This document shows, one piece after another, positions 1 through 14,807 of a stretch of 64,000 nt of DNA. Source of the stretch: Eledone cirrhosa (lineage: Eukaryota); assembly GCA_964016885.1 (NCBI GenBank), contig CAXHJY010000401.1, positions 62,001-126,000 on the forward strand, read 5' to 3'. The notes beneath the pieces were generated by a model. It was not told the DNA's origin, made no database searches, and worked only from the letters and a program-made list of their open reading frames with translations. Position numbers and translations under genes: made by a program. Position 1 is the stretch's first letter, and each line of letters opens with the position of its first letter.

Positions 1-609
1 TGAGGTGAGGTGAGGTGAAATGATGTGGAGGTGAGGAGAGTTGAGGTGAGGTGAAATGATGTGGAGGTGAGGAGAGTTGAGGTGAGGTGAAATGATGTGG
101 AGGTGAGGAGAGTTGAGGTGAGATGAGGTGAGATGAGATGAGATGGAGATGTGGTGAGGTGAGGTGAGGTGGGGTGAGATGAGGTGGGGTGAGATGAGAT
201 GAGATGAGATGGAGATGTGGTGAGATGAGGTGGAGGTGAGGTGATGAGGTGAGGTGAGATGGAGATGTGGTGAGATGAGGTGGAGGTGAGGTGATGAGGT
301 GAGGTGAGATGAAGTGAGGTGAGGTGAAATGATGTGGAGGTGAGTTGAGTTGAAGTGAGGTGAGATGAGATGAGATGAGGTGAGGTGGAGATGAGATGAG
401 ATGAGATGAGGTGAGATGGTGGGTTGAGGTGGTGTTGAGGTGAGGTGGAGGTGAGGTGAGTGGAGGTGAGGTGAGTTGAGGTGAGGTGAGGTGGAGTTGA
501 GGTGAGGTGGAGGTTGAGATGAGGTGGAGGATGAGGTAAGGTGAGGCGGAGATGAGTTGAGTTGAGGTGAGGTGAGATGAGGTGGTGAGATGACATGAGG
601 TGAGGTGGA
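1..609. repeat. Degenerate pentanucleotide microsatellite (GAGGT/GAGAT)n
   Basis: Direct reading: tgagg/tgaga units throughout. Confidence 0.95.
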
Positions 610-611
610 TA

Positions 612-675
612 TAATAAAGTACCAGTAATACACTGGAATAATTGCTGGCCTTGTGCCAAAATTAGAAACAATTAT
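612..675 (+). mobile_element. SINE family A, 3' fragment
   Basis: ataaagtaccagtaatacactgg...ttgctggccttgtgccaaa..tagaaacaatt matches the 3' end of the full copy at 28495-28690. Confidence 0.8.
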
Positions 676-1144
676 TATTATTTTTATTGTTATTATTGTT
701 ATTATTATTGTTATATATGAAACAAATAGATATTTGTTGGGTGTGCGTTGTTGTATTAGCGTTGTTCATATTGCGGGTGGTTGTGGGGGTGTGGCGTGAG
801 GGGGTGTAGCGTGAGGGGGGAGACAGGACCCAGACTGGTTAATCTAAATATTTACTTTACAGGCATAAAAATACAGGGTGGCTTGAAATGTAGACGGACA
901 TATAGAATATATGGGAGAGGGGCTTTTGGGGTGACGGGGGTGGGGAAGGGGTGGGAGAGTTACAGGTAGGTAGATTAATGGTTAGGGACAAAGATGAATT
1001 GATAGATAGATAGACAGATAGATAGATAGACAGATAGATAGATAGACAGACAGGTAAATAAATAAGTTGACAGATACACTCACACACACACACATATATA
1101 TATATTTATATAGATATATAAATACACACATGAACACATATACA

Positions 1145-1239
<95 letters not shown>

Positions 1240-1344
1240 GGCGACAGGTAGATACATGGCTACAATTATGACGCAGTTATGAATTCACATAAGCAGAGAG
1301 ATTTCATGGTGGTACCTAACTAAACAGGTGTTAGGTGGACATTA

Positions 1345-1776
1345 TATATATATATATATGTATATATATAAATTAATATATATGTATAAATATATATGTA
1401 TAGGTATATGTATATATATGTATATATATATATATATATGTGTATATATGTATATATATATGTGTATATGTGTATATATGTATATATATATGTGTATATA
1501 TGTATATATATATGTGTATATATGTATATATATATATATATGTGTATATATGTATATATATATGTGTATATATGTATATATATATGTGTATATATGTATA
1601 TATATATGTGTATATATGTATATATATATGTGTATATATGTATATATATATGTGTATATATGTATATATATATATGTGTATATATGTATATATATATATG
1701 TGTATATATGTATATATGTATATATGTATATGTATATGTATATATGTATATATATATATGTATGTATGTATATATG

Positions 1777-1827
<51 letters not shown>

Positions 1828-1954
1828 GTATGTATGTATAAATATATATATGTACAAATATATGTATATGTATATATATGTATAAATATATATGTATATA
1901 TAAATATATGTATAAATATATATGTATATATAAATATATGTATAAATATATATG

Positions 1955-1987
<33 letters not shown>

Positions 1988-2056
1988 GTGTATATATATA
2001 TGTGTGTATATATATATAAATATATGTATAAATATATATATATATGTATATATATG
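1345..2056. repeat. Compound (TA)n/(TG) microsatellite
   Basis: Direct reading; the overlapping Y/I/M/C/V ORFs are artefacts. Confidence 0.95.
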
Positions 2057-2263
2057 AAGTGTTTCCGTAGGAAAGGTAAAGGAAAAGAGAGTGCTGTATG
2101 TAAGCTACAGAACTTTATAGTTATGTAATAAACAACATAAGACAATTATTCCATTTACCAAAGGTTTCACGAAGACAGACGAGCTCGGCACAGACGTCTG
2201 AAATCTGTGCCGAGCTCGTCTGTCTTCGTGAAACCTTTGGTAAATGGAATAATTGTCTTATGT
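2057..2263. mobile_element. Family P element, fold-back copy carrying hammerhead 3' halves only
   Basis: Perfect 60-bp arms 2135-2194 and 2204-2263 with a 9-nt loop. Each arm carries GAAACCTTTGGTA, as in the full motifs at 15747 and 18177. Confidence 0.8.
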
Positions 2264-2499
2264 ATATATATATATATATATATAGATATATATGCATATA
2301 TATATATATATATATATATATGCATATAAATGTGTGTTTTATTGACATCGAATTCCCCCCTCCCCCACCGGACCACAACCCTTGGTGACTTGTACTTTAT
2401 TTTATCGACCCCAAGAAGATGAGATGAAAGTCTGAACAATGGCCCCACGCTCTAACAACTCTGCCAATGCCCCCCCTCCTCTTTAACTCTCTTAATAAT

Positions 2500-2690
2500 A
2501 ACTGTTTCTACTATTGGCACAAGGCCAGCACTCACCCCAGTACATTACTGGTACTTTATTTTATCGACCCCGTAAAGATGAAAGGCAAAGTTAATCTTGG
2601 CGTGATTTCAACTCAGGCTGTAAAGGGCCGTAACTCTATGCTGCAAAGCATGGCGTCCGACGCTCCACCGATACTGCCAATCCACTCTCT
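2500..2690 (-). mobile_element. SINE family A, near full length (further fragments at ~2385-2470 and 2755-2790)
   Basis: Reverse complement of the tRNA-like head plus the gcctttcatc...ggggtcgataaaataaagtaccagt core. Confidence 0.85.
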
Positions 2691-2827
2691 CAATATTATA
2701 CCCACACTGACACCGTTCGTATAAAAGTGACACATTGATAAACTAATCATTGTATTCGACGCTCCACCGATTTCGCCCATCCACCGCCCCTTTGCATCGT
2801 CATATTACAATTGTATTTCTAATAAAA

Positions 2828-3012
2828 GAGCCCCTTCGGTCACTAATTTGGGCCTAGAAAGTTCTGCCTCTGAGGCACAAGTCCGGGCAAGGTTGTCTTT
2901 TGTGGAAGACCAGCTGTCGCCCAATTATACTAGTCGTCCCTCTAAAGTCGTCCCTCTAAATGTTGTTCAAGGTAAAGGTCGATACAGCTTGGCACCAGTG
3001 ACCCCACAACTC
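2828..3012 (-). mobile_element. SINE family B, 3' body/tail fragment
   Basis: ctagaaag...aggcacaagtccgggcaagg...gtggaagacca...tacagcttggcaccagtgac is shared with 27015-27215 and 28270-28330. Confidence 0.7.
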
Positions 3013-3030
3013 ATATATACACCATATATA

Positions 3031-3064
<34 letters not shown>

Positions 3065-3068
<4 letters not shown>

Positions 3069-3476
3069 TGGCTGCCAACTCGTTTTCGAGTACGGCCACT
3101 ACTTTATATCCATGTAGGAGAACCCCTACCGATGCGCTGAACGAGTGTGACTTTTTAGTCCAGCCAGCGACTTGAAAACTCTGGTACAAACACTACACTT
3201 GTGACAATTATTGACACATAGTGCTGGGCCCATGGTACCATGTGACGACAAGTGCAGAGAGATCTCCAGATATAAAGCAATGCCTGTGCCGTGAAGCTTT
3301 TATAGTGAGCAAAGGCACTGCACAAAGCCAGTCCCACTTTCTTAACCAAGATGATATTTACCAAAAAGAAGAACAAGTTAACATCATTGAATACCATCAG
3401 GGTTGCAGGTGTTATATCAGAGTTTTCTTTCTCCTAGAATTCTGCCTTGACAAAGGCTGAGGGGTCATCTCTCCCT
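3065..3476 (-). mobile_element. Non-coding RTE-related repeat, inverted copy of 54600-55010
   Basis: About 410 bp highly similar to the reverse complement of 54600-55010. A diverged partial copy lies at ~4832-5110. Confidence 0.75.
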
Positions 3477-3528
3477 ATATATATATATACATGCATGCAT
3501 ACACCATATATACACTCTCTCTCAAGAG

Positions 3529-3565
<37 letters not shown>

Positions 3566-3570
<5 letters not shown>

Positions 3571-3701
3571 AACCAGTAAGACCCCGACAGCTGAGCTCAG
3601 CTGTCGGGGTCTTACTGGTTCCTATTACCCACTCTACTACCTCAAGTATTGAGTACTTTGGTGCGTTATGGTCCACCTGGTTCCTTACCACATTTCCTTC
3701 G

Positions 3702-3704
<3 letters not shown>
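3566..3704 (+). mobile_element. Family S element with loop-less 60-bp palindrome (3566-3625)
   Basis: Palindrome centred on GAGCTC, followed by the family S body ending ccttcgtta(TA)n; (TA)n on both flanks. Confidence 0.85.
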
Positions 3705-3735
<31 letters not shown>

Positions 3736-3754
3736 GCACACACACGACAAAGGC

Positions 3755-3885
3755 CGTTTCAGCTTGGCACAAGTGACGTTACAACTCATCTCTACAGCTG
3801 AGTGAACTGGAGCAGCGTGAAATAAAGTGTCTTGTTCAAAAATACCACCCATCACACGGTCCAAGAACCGAACTCACAATCTCTC
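3755..3885 (-). mobile_element. SINE family B, head/core fragment
   Basis: ctacagctgagtgaactggagca.cgtgaaataaagtgtcttg.tcaa, as at 28335-28390. Confidence 0.75.
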
Positions 3886-4014
3886 AATTCTATATATATA
3901 TATTTCATGTCACCTCTTTCTTTCTCTCTATATATAAGTCTGCCTAATCTTTGTAAACATTTATGCCTGTATATCTAGTGGTTTCTACATATATTTTGAT
4001 CTTCATTTTTAAAC

Positions 4015-4190
4015 TATGTTTTTCTTGCTGTTGACGATAGAAGCGCATCAATATCAATAGAGATTTGTTGTGAGTTTTTTTCGGTTTCCTCACGTTTAAT
4101 TCTGTTCAGGCTCATTAAAGCACTCTTCACATATGATAGCATCTACTTCAACTTGTTGAAAGATCGCTCACAGCTGGCAATCGAAAGAAA
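4015..4190 (-). pseudogene. hAT transposase C-terminal dimerisation domain remnant
   Basis: Minus-strand translation SIASCERSFNKLK*MLSYVKS resembles the hAT motif SxASCERSFSKLKLIxSYLRS; contains an in-frame stop. Confidence 0.7.
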
Positions 4191-4214
4191 GTGCTATAGT
4201 GAGCATTATCTGAC

Positions 4215-4400
4215 TGGCGGCTGAGTTAGCAGTATCGGTAGAGCGTCGGACACCATGCTTTGTAGCACGGAGTTATGATGGCCTTTTACATTGAGTTGAA
4301 ATTCCGCTGGGGTTAACTTTGCCTTTCATCCCTACGGGGTCGATAAAATAACGCACTGCACCAGTAATGTACTGAGGTCGATTTAATCAATCCCACCCCC
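4215..4400 (+). mobile_element. SINE family A
   Basis: A-box-like tagcagtatcgg, B-box-like gagttgaaattcc, then the conserved core. Confidence 0.8.
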
Positions 4401-5361
4401 CTCCAATAAACGTAATGAAGGAGTAACCAATCGTCCTTATTTTATTTTATTTTATTTTATTTTATTTACAAATCTTGAGAAGCTGGGCTTCACAGGAACA
4501 GAAAGAACACAACCAGTTAGGAAATTACAAGTACAATCCATTAATGGAACAGTAAAAATATGTAAAACATTCCAAATATTCTGCATCTAATAACTGCATA
4601 TACACATGTACAGATACAAAGCATATACACACGCACACATACAACTCAAAACATACACATCCACACATACAATAGCATCCATATCTACACATGCAGACAT
4701 GCATACATAATCTTCCTAGTTGATGTTGTGTAAATTCCAATGAGAGAGTCTTGTGTCTATGTTAGAAACCGACTCTCTCTCTATTGGGAAAACATTTGTG
4801 AAATTATAAAACCAGAAGAACATACATACATGATGGCTGCCCCCTCGTTATCGATATACCATTATTAATAATTATTAACTAATTCTATCGTGCAATGCCT
4901 GGGCGTGAAGATATTTTTTAAAGTGAGGAAAGACTGTGCACTGAGCCAATCCCACTCTCTCAGAGACAGTAGCTATAACCCGAAAAGAAGAAAAGATCAA
5001 CATCATCAGTAACTACTGAGCCGCAGGTTTTATATCGGAGTTATCCCAGTTTCCTGAGTTGCCTTCTTCTCTAGAAGAATACCCTGACAAAGGCTAGGGG
5101 TCCTTCACTCCCAGTGGTTTAACCGCGCGATCTTGTGTCCAGCCCGACTATTTATATGTCCCCGCGCATATACACACACATGCACCCATGTATATACACA
5201 CACATGCACCCATGTATATACACACACATGCACGCATGTACATACATATTTACACACTTTTGGATGGCCGTTGACTCTTATGAGTTCTTCCGCCCTTTAC
5301 ACACACACACGCACACACGCACACGCACACACGCACACGCACACACACACACGCACACGCG

Positions 5362-5441
<80 letters not shown>

Positions 5442-6096
5442 ACTGACGGGAGAGTGTCCTACATGTGTGTCCGCTGTAACAGTTTGAATCAAGAAGTTTA
5501 CAACTTTCATGTTTAGATTGAAATTTCTATATTTACATTGGATGTCTGAAATATGTTGTGTTGGTACTTTATAGTCTTGTATTGGTGCGGAGGAGGGTTT
5601 TGTTTTTCATTCTGGTGGGGTGTGTTTTTATATTTCTAATATATTCTCTCTGTGAGTTTATGCTTCGTTGCGATACACGTTGCTTTCTGTTTTATGAGCT
5701 TTTTAATGACATAGTCATCCATGCATTTACAGCAAGGAGCCATCACAACACATTACAATACAGTACATGTAATAAAATTAGAGAGAAAAACATTAGTTGA
5801 CAACAATATAATACTATAGAGAATTCAACACACAAAATACAAAAACAAGCCCCTAAAAACAAACAGAATACAAACAAAAAACAGGAAGTATAACTATGGA
5901 GCCTTTATTAATATCTAAATATTAACAAATACAGCACTGGCGGTATTAACTATGAACATTGTTAAGACTTAATCATAGTTAAGTTTTAAAACCCAGCGTT
6001 CAACATTTTACCTACATTCCGAGGGTCTTTCGCGACCTCCTACAAAGCGAACGACACGTCATTACTTCTATATTAATGATGAAGCTGAGATATATG

Positions 6097-6610
6097 GTGG
6101 GGTGTGGTGTGGTGTGGTGTAGTGTGGTGTGGTGTGGTGTAGTGTAGCGTAGTGATGTGGTGTAGTGTAGAGTAATGATGTAGTGTAGTGTGGTGTTGTG
6201 GTGTAGTGCGGTATAGTTTAGTGTGGTGTAGCGTATTGTGGTATAGTGTAGTGTGGTGTAGTGTAGTGTGGTGTAGTATTGTGTGGTGTAGTGTAGTGTG
6301 GTGTATTGTAGTGTAGTTTAGTTTAGTGTAGTGTAGTGTAGTGTGGTGTATTGTAATGTGGTGTGGTGTAGTATTGTGTGGTGTAGTGTAGTATTGTGTG
6401 GTGTAGTGTAGTATTGTGTGGTGTAGTGTAGTGTGGTGTGGTGTAGTGTAGTATGGTGTATTGTAGTGTAGTATGGTGTATTGTAGTGTAGTGTAGTGTA
6501 TTGTAGTGTGGTGTGGTGTGGTGTAGTGTAGTGTAGTGTAGTGTGGTGTATTATGGTGTAGTGTAGTATAGTGTGGTGTAGTGTGGTGTGGTGTAGTGCA
6601 GTGCGGTGTG
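6097..6610. repeat. Pentanucleotide microsatellite (GTGTA/GTGTG)n
   Basis: Direct reading. Confidence 0.95.
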
Positions 6611-6696
6611 TTTTAGTACAGTGGGGGTATTTAGTAGATCGTGTGTATATGGTGGGTGTGTGTAGAGAATTTCGTGTGTATTTAGAGGTGGTGAAC

Positions 6697-7040
6697 ACGT
6701 GTGTAGTAGTTATATAACGAGTGTGTACAGGCGTGTAGTAGTTATTTAGCGAGTGTGTACAGGTGTGTAGTAGTTATATAGCGAGTGTGTACAGGTGTGT
6801 AGTAGTTATATAGCGAGTGTGTACAGGTGTGTAGTAGTTATATAGCGAGTGTGTACAGGTGTGTAGTAGTTATATAGCGAGTGTGTACAGGTGTGTAGTA
6901 GTTATATAGCGAGTGTGTACAGGTGTGTAGTAGTTATATAGCGAGTGTGTACAGGTGTGTAGTAGTTATATAGCGAGTGTGTGCAGGTGTGTAGTAGTTA
7001 TATAGCGAGTGTGTACAGGTGTGTAGTAGTTATATAGCTA
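6697..7040. repeat. 32-bp minisatellite, ~10 copies
   Basis: Unit gcgagtgtgtacaggtgtgtagtagttatata, near-identical copies; degenerate versions continue to ~7290. Confidence 0.92.
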
Positions 7041-7623
7041 GTGATTAACGTGTGGTTAGTGGGTATAAAACGTGTAGTAGTTGTATAGCAGGTGTGTAGT
7101 GGGTGTGTAGCGGATGCATGGGGCGTGTGTAGCAGCTGTGAAGGGTGTGTGTATCAGTTTTAAAACGGGTGTGTGTCGTGGGTGTGTGTAGCGGGGTAGG
7201 ATGTGTAACAAGGTTGAGGGGGTGTGTAGTAGATGTAGCACGGGTGTGTAGCGGGTGTAAAAGGTGTGTAGTAGGTCGGCAGGTGTGTCGAGTGGGTATA
7301 CCTGTATTGCTTTTATGAGGAAGCAGTATGTGTGTGTGTGTATCTCTGTGTGTGTGTATCTGTGTGTGCGTATGGAACTGTGGGTGTATCTGTGTGTGTG
7401 TTAGTTTGTGTGTGTTAGTCTGTTTGTGTGTGTTTGTGATAAAGTGTGTGATGGTCACACACTACCACACACTACCACACACACTCACCAAACAATACGT
7501 ACACGGGATCATAAATGCACACACATTTATATTAGCACACGCACTCTAACGCATACATACACACACTTAAACACGTGCACACACATGAATATACACAACA
7601 CACACACATAATACACACATAGA

Positions 7624-7654
<31 letters not shown>

Positions 7655-8189
7655 TAACATACACATACACGCAGACTAACACACAGTCTAACACACATAC
7701 ACAGACTAACACACACATTACACACTCATAGATACACATATTACACACACATAGACATTCCACACATACTCAGCTACACACACACACACACACACACAAA
7801 CCCATGTTACACCAATAGCCACACATACAGATATATGTAGAAACACACACACACGTACATACAGACAGGTAAACAACACCAGCACACACATAGACACCTA
7901 AATAATATCAGCACACACACACACACACACACAGAAATATGCATACAAACGCAAACACACGCACTCACACACATATACACTTCAGACACAGCATTACAAA
8001 CGCACCTACACACACATGCAATCACCCACAAACACACACACCCGCAAACACACACACAAATACGCGCACACACACATATAAACACACACAGACACCCACA
8101 CGTACACACACACACTGACACACACTCACAGACACCGAAACAACAAGCAGCTCTCCCTCAGCTCTTCTCCCACTCTCTCTAACTCAACC

Positions 8190-9385
8190 TCCACCACCAC
8201 ACCACCACAACCTCCAGTAACCCCACCACTACACCGCCACACCACCACCCCACCACACCACCGCCACCACACTACCACCACCACCACCCTACCACCGCCA
8301 CCCCATCTCCCCACCACTACCACCACCACTACCACCACCAAAACACCACACCACCACTACCACCACCACTACCACCACCACACCACCACACCACCACACC
8401 ACCACCACACTACCACCACACCACCACCACACCACCACCACACGACACCACACCACACCACCACCACCGCCGCCACCACCACCACCACCACCACCACACT
8501 ACACCACACCACCACCACCACCACACTACACCACACCACCACCACACCACACCACCACCACGCCACACCACCACCACACCACCACCACACCACCACCACA
8601 CCACCACCACACCACCACCACACCACCACCACACCACCACCACAACACACCACCACAACACACCACACCACCACACCACACCACTACCACCACACCACCA
8701 CACCACACCACCACACCACACCACCACACCACACCACCACACCACACCACCACACCACACCACCACACACCACCACCACACCACACCACTACCACCACAC
8801 CACCACCACACCACCACACCACACCACCACACCACACCACCACACCACACCACCACACCACCACACCACCACACCACACCACACCACCACCACACCACAC
8901 CACCACCACAACACCACCACACCACAACACCACCACAACACCACACCACCACCACAACACCACACCACCACACCACACCACACCACCACACCACCACACC
9001 ACACCACACCACCACAACACCACCACACCACAACACCACAACACCACACCACACCACACCACCACAACACCACCACACCACAACACCACCACCACACCAC
9101 ACCACACCACAACACCACCACCACACCACTACCACCACACCACCACACCACCACAACACCACCACCACACCACCACCACCACACCACCACCACCACAACA
9201 CCACCACCACACCACCACCACCACAACACCACCACCACACCACACTACCACACCACCACCACCACCACCACCACCACAACACCACCACCACACCACACTA
9301 CCACAGCACCACCACCACCACCACCACAACACCACCACCACACCACACTACCACACCACCACCACCACCACCACCACCACACCAC
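8190..9385. repeat. (CAC/CACCA)n low-complexity tract
   Basis: Direct reading; source of the V/W/C/G pseudo-ORFs. Confidence 0.95.
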
Positions 9386-9819
9386 AGTAACTCCAGTAAG
9401 CATCAGTAAAGGTTGTTCCAGTAGACGCAGCACATCAGTGTGTAGAGAGATCTGTCATAGAGAGGAGTAAAAACACAAGAGTCAAACTTTTAGACATCTC
9501 TCCTTCTTCTCGTAGTAGAGAGAGAGAGAGAGAGTGTGTGTTAGTGTAAGAGAGAGAGAGGTAGAGAGAGAGAGAGAACATTTTCAGTTTAGGTACGGCA
9601 CCATGTCACTCACAGCTTGTCTTTTACTCAGGATTTTCATTATGACAGTTTTGTGGAGTGACAGTTGTTCTGCTATCAAATGGCTGTAAGTATTATATAT
9701 TATATATTATATATTACTATATTATATATTATTATATTATATATTACCATTAAATATATTATATATTTACCAGATATATTACTATATATATTACTATATT
9801 ATATATATTGCTGTAAGAT

Positions 9820-10242
9820 CTCGCCGAGGTTAACTTTGCCTTTCATCCTTACGGGGTCGATAAAATAAAGTACCAGTAATACACTGAGTTGTTGCTGGCC
9901 TTGACAAAACTAGAAGCAATTATATATATTACTGTATTATATATTACTATTATTACTATATTATATATTACTATTATTACATATTACCATTAAATATATT
10001 ATATATTTACCATATATATTACTATATTATATATATTGCTGTATTATATGTTACTATTATATATTTACCGTATTAATACTGTTATATATTATATATAATA
10101 TATTACTATATTATATATTTACCATTATATATCATTATTACTGGTTAACTTTGCCTTTCATCCTTACGGGGTCGATAAAATAAAGTACCAGTAATACACT
10201 GAGTAATTGCTGGCCTTGTGCCAAAAGTAGAAACAATTATTA
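9820..10242 (+). mobile_element. Two 5'-truncated SINE A copies (9820-9925, 10143-10242) separated by a TAT-rich tract
   Basis: Both contain ggttaactttgcctttcatccttacggggtcgataaaataaagtaccagtaatacactgagt. Confidence 0.85.
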
Positions 10243-10246
10243 CTGT

Positions 10247-10282
<36 letters not shown>

Positions 10283-10302
10283 ATATATATTATATATATA
10301 TA

Positions 10303-10346
<44 letters not shown>

Positions 10347-10412
10347 GTGTATATTTTCTATATCTCTTTCGCGTTCCAGCCGATAGGCAGAAACTATGCT
10401 GGGGCACTGCCA

Positions 10413-10445
<33 letters not shown>

Positions 10446-10788
10446 GCACACGCACACATATATCGATTTATGAAGATCAATGAGACTTCTGAAACGATCG
10501 TAATGCAATATGATTTAGCGTAAACCTTCGCTATTTGTTTACATTCTTCAACACCCACACACCCACATACATACATACATACCTACATACATACACACAC
10601 AAACACACACACACATGCATACACAAACACACACACACATGCATACACAAACACACATGCATACACAAACACACACACACATGCATACACACACACACAT
10701 ACACACACGCACACGCATGCTATATTATGTTTTGATGTGTGTGTGTATTTGTAAAAACACCGTGAAACAAACATATTTTTACCTATGC

Positions 10789-10819
<31 letters not shown>

Positions 10820-10980
10820 CGTACTTATGTATATATAAATATGTGTACATATATACATATATATACATAAATATATATATATATGTGTGTGTGTATATAT
10901 ATGTGTGTATATATGTGTGTATATATATATATATAAATATGTGTACATATATACATGTATATATATAAATAGTTATAAGT

Positions 10981-11032
<52 letters not shown>

Positions 11033-11040
11033 TTATAAGT

Positions 11041-11079
<39 letters not shown>

Positions 11080-11286
11080 CAAGCACATATATAATCGTAT
11101 TCATGGATGCACACACTCATATATATATATGTATATACATGATACACACACACACACACACACATCTGCTGTACACCGTGTTTTGTTTTGTCCTGTATTT
11201 GTTTTCACGAAAAAATATTTGATTGAAAAAATATATATTTACTTTACTCTCAACACAGTTGTATATTCCGGGTACTTTAGTGTGTG

Positions 11287-11318
<32 letters not shown>

Positions 11319-11502
11319 CCTACCAACACATAAAGACATGCCTATATATATGTGTGTATCAATCTATTTCCATATATATATATAAAGAATCAGGACCCCG
11401 ACGGCTGAGCTCCGGCCGTTTCGACAGCTAGATCCGAACGCATGTATATATATATATATATATATATATACACAATGATATTAAATAAATGGAAACTATA
11501 TT

Positions 11503-11564
11503 TATTCTATTATATATATTTCAAGGGTACCAAAAACTTTGGTACGCTATCATCAGATAAAATA
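11503..11564 (-). ncRNA. Type I hammerhead ribozyme motif, family R
   Basis: Minus strand: UAUUUUAU CUGAUGA [ag.guaccaaa/uuugguac.cu stem II] GAAA UAUAUA UA^ AUAGAAUA. 8-bp stem I; palindromic stem III AUAUAUAU. Confidence 0.8.
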
Positions 11565-11634
11565 CAAAATGTTTTATAAATATTTGACATAACCAAGGAT
11601 AATATACCTTAACGGTTCAAGTTATCCCTGGAAA

Positions 11635-11686
11635 GGGATATATAAATAGGGATATATATATATATAAGGGATATATATATATATGT

Positions 11687-11724
<38 letters not shown>

Positions 11725-11950
11725 AGGGAGATATATGTAAGGGAGATATATGTAAGGGAGATATATATATATATATATGTAAGGGATATATATATAAGGG
11801 AGATATATATATATGTAAGGGATATATATATAAGGGAGATATATATATATGTAAGGGAGATATATATATATATATATGTAAGGGATATATATGTAAGGGA
11901 TATATATATATATATGTAAGGGATATATATATAAGGGAGATATATATATA
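11635..11950. repeat. (TA)n-spaced TAAGGGA(G) tandem repeat
   Basis: Direct reading. Confidence 0.85.
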
Positions 11951-12236
11951 TAGTGAAAACTGGGACGAGAACAAAAACAGAGAGGCAGTACAAATATTTA
12001 TGTATATGCGGTCGGATCTAGCTGTCGAAACGGCCGGAACTTAGCCGTCGGGGTCCTGACTCTTTATATTTATTTAATTATGTCTCATATAAAATAATAC
12101 AACCAGCTATCCCCGAAATACTGATTAGTTAGCACCCCAAACACTAAATTGGGAGAATACTTAGGTATATCCTAATGTTTGTTGAGTGAGATGGAGTTGG
12201 TCGGAGTATAGCTTAAGGCTTTCTCTGTTAATCTAT

Positions 12237-12273
<37 letters not shown>

Positions 12274-12431
12274 CAATAATATATACACTCACCCATATGG
12301 ACATAGTCAGAAAGTTCTATATACTGTATATAATATCGTGAAAAGTTTTCAAACACGTTTTCCGTCCTCTGAAGACTGAAACACTGAGTTACGCTCACAC
12401 ACTTGTAAATATATCTATTTTTAACACCATC

Positions 12432-12494
<63 letters not shown>

Positions 12495-13258
12495 GTGTGT
12501 GCGTATATATATATATATATATATATATACATACATGTGTGTGTGTAAACGTATTTATATATAGAGAGAGATAGGTATATTGAAATTCGCACAGTACACG
12601 CTGATAAATAACCAACCCACCCTCTTACTACTCATTTGGTTACTAGCGTGTGTGTCTGTGTGTTGGTGTGTGTGTGTGTGTGTTGGTGAATGTGTGTGTG
12701 TGTCTGTGTTGGTGAATGTGTGTGTGTTGGTGTATCTGTGTGTGTGTGTGTCTGTGTGTTGGTGTATGTGTGTGTGCGTGTTGGTATGTGTTGATGTTAG
12801 TGTGTGTGTAAGTGTGTTTGTGTGTGTGTATTTGTATTGATATATATACATCTGTAAGCGTGTGTACATAGGTCCGTGTGTATGTGTGTGTGTGTGTGTC
12901 TGTATTTGTATTGATATATCCGTGTGTACTTAGGTTCGGGTATATGTGTGTGTGTCTGTGTGTTGGTGTAAGTGTGTGTGTGTGTGCTTCTATATAAAAT
13001 CGTGTGTAAGTGTGTGTGTTTGTGTGTGCTTCTATATAAAGATGTGTGTATGTGTGCATAAGTGCATGTCTGTGTGTATATATATATATATATGCGTCTG
13101 TGTGTATTTGTGTGTGTGTCTGTATATATATATGTATATTTATATATATATATGTGTGTCTGTGTATATATATCTATATATGTGTGTCTGTATATATATC
13201 TATATATGTGTGTCTGTGTATATATATCTATATATATGTGTCTGTGTATATATGTGTG

Positions 13259-13315
<57 letters not shown>

Positions 13316-14178
13316 ATCTGTGTGTGTATATATATATAGATATACATAAATATGTGTGTGTGTCTGTGTGTGTGTATATATACGTGTGTGTCTGTGTGTG
13401 TGTATATATACGTGTGTGTCTGTGTGTGTATATATATATATATGTATATATGTCTGTGTGTAGTTGTTTTTGCTGGTGTGTGCGGATGTATGTGTATAGA
13501 TGTATGTGTATACATGTATGTGTATATATGTTTGTATTTACACACGTGTGTTGTAGTTGTTGTTGTTGTTGTCAATGACGAACCAATTACATTTCACCCA
13601 TGACCGCCATATCATTTTCAGGCATTGTCTATCGAGGACTACACTATCAAATGCGCCCCCACCCTTTGTATTACGGGTGGGGTCGGAGTTAGGGTAGGTT
13701 TGGCTCCTATTGGGGGTTGTCATACTTGTGGGTTACGGGTAATGACCTCGTCAATAGCTCCCTTTGGTCATATTGGGCTGTGTGTGTGTATATGTGTGAG
13801 AGTGTGTGTGTGTATGTGTGAGTGTGTGTATAAGAGAGCTTGTGTGTGTGTGTATGTGTGAGTGTGTGTATAAGAGAGCTTGTGTGTGTGTGTATGTGTA
13901 TATGTGTGAGAGTGTGTGTATATGAGAGAGCCTGTGTGTGTGTTTGTGTATATGTTTGTGAGAGTGTGTGTATAAGAGTGCCTGTGTGTATGTGTATATG
14001 TATGAGTGGGTGTGTGTATGAGAGAGCCTGTGTGTGTTTATGTGTATGTTTGTGAGTGTGTTTGTGTGTGTGTATGAGTGTGTGTGTATGAGAGCCTGTG
14101 TGTGTGTTTGTGTATATGTTTGTGAAAGTGTGTTTATGTGTGAGTGTATGTGTGTGTGTGTGTATGAGAGCCTATGTG

Positions 14179-14211
<33 letters not shown>

Positions 14212-14463
14212 CAACTTCGATCCAACGAATCCAGGAATAATAGTCACATTCACATACATACATACATACGTACAAATTATATACACACACACAGACATAT
14301 GTGTATATATATATATATATCCACACAAACATATATATATATATATATATACACACAAACAAACATATGTATATATAGATACACACACATATATTGAAAC
14401 GTACGTAAAAATTAAAGAATGGGTTTAAGTTAACCTTAATATTTCTTCATTTATATATATATA

Positions 14464-14516
<53 letters not shown>

Positions 14517-14760
14517 ATATATATATATAAGGATTAAAATACTGGAGCGTGTTGGAGTTAAACACCCTCTTCGTATTATAGAAATGACAGTAAAAGGTAT
14601 AGCTCAATGTAATTAAACAGAGCCGAAGAATTATATATATATATATGTATGTGTATATACATACATATATATTTATATGAGTGTGTGTGTGGTGTAAAAT
14701 CCCGATCGTGGCACCAATATATAATTTTGTGCGCGTGTAATTTATATGTGTAAAATTTAT

Positions 14761-14807
<47 letters not shown>

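Noticed and set aside
9385-9500. Minus-strand signal-peptide-like MSKSLTLVFLLLSMT, or an exon after ctctctatgacag
   Set aside because: The ORF stops after 20 codons, and the exon reading runs into a microsatellite without a clear donor.
12360-12395. CTGAAGA-ct-GAAAC
   Set aside because: Only 2 nt between the core boxes, so there is no stem II.
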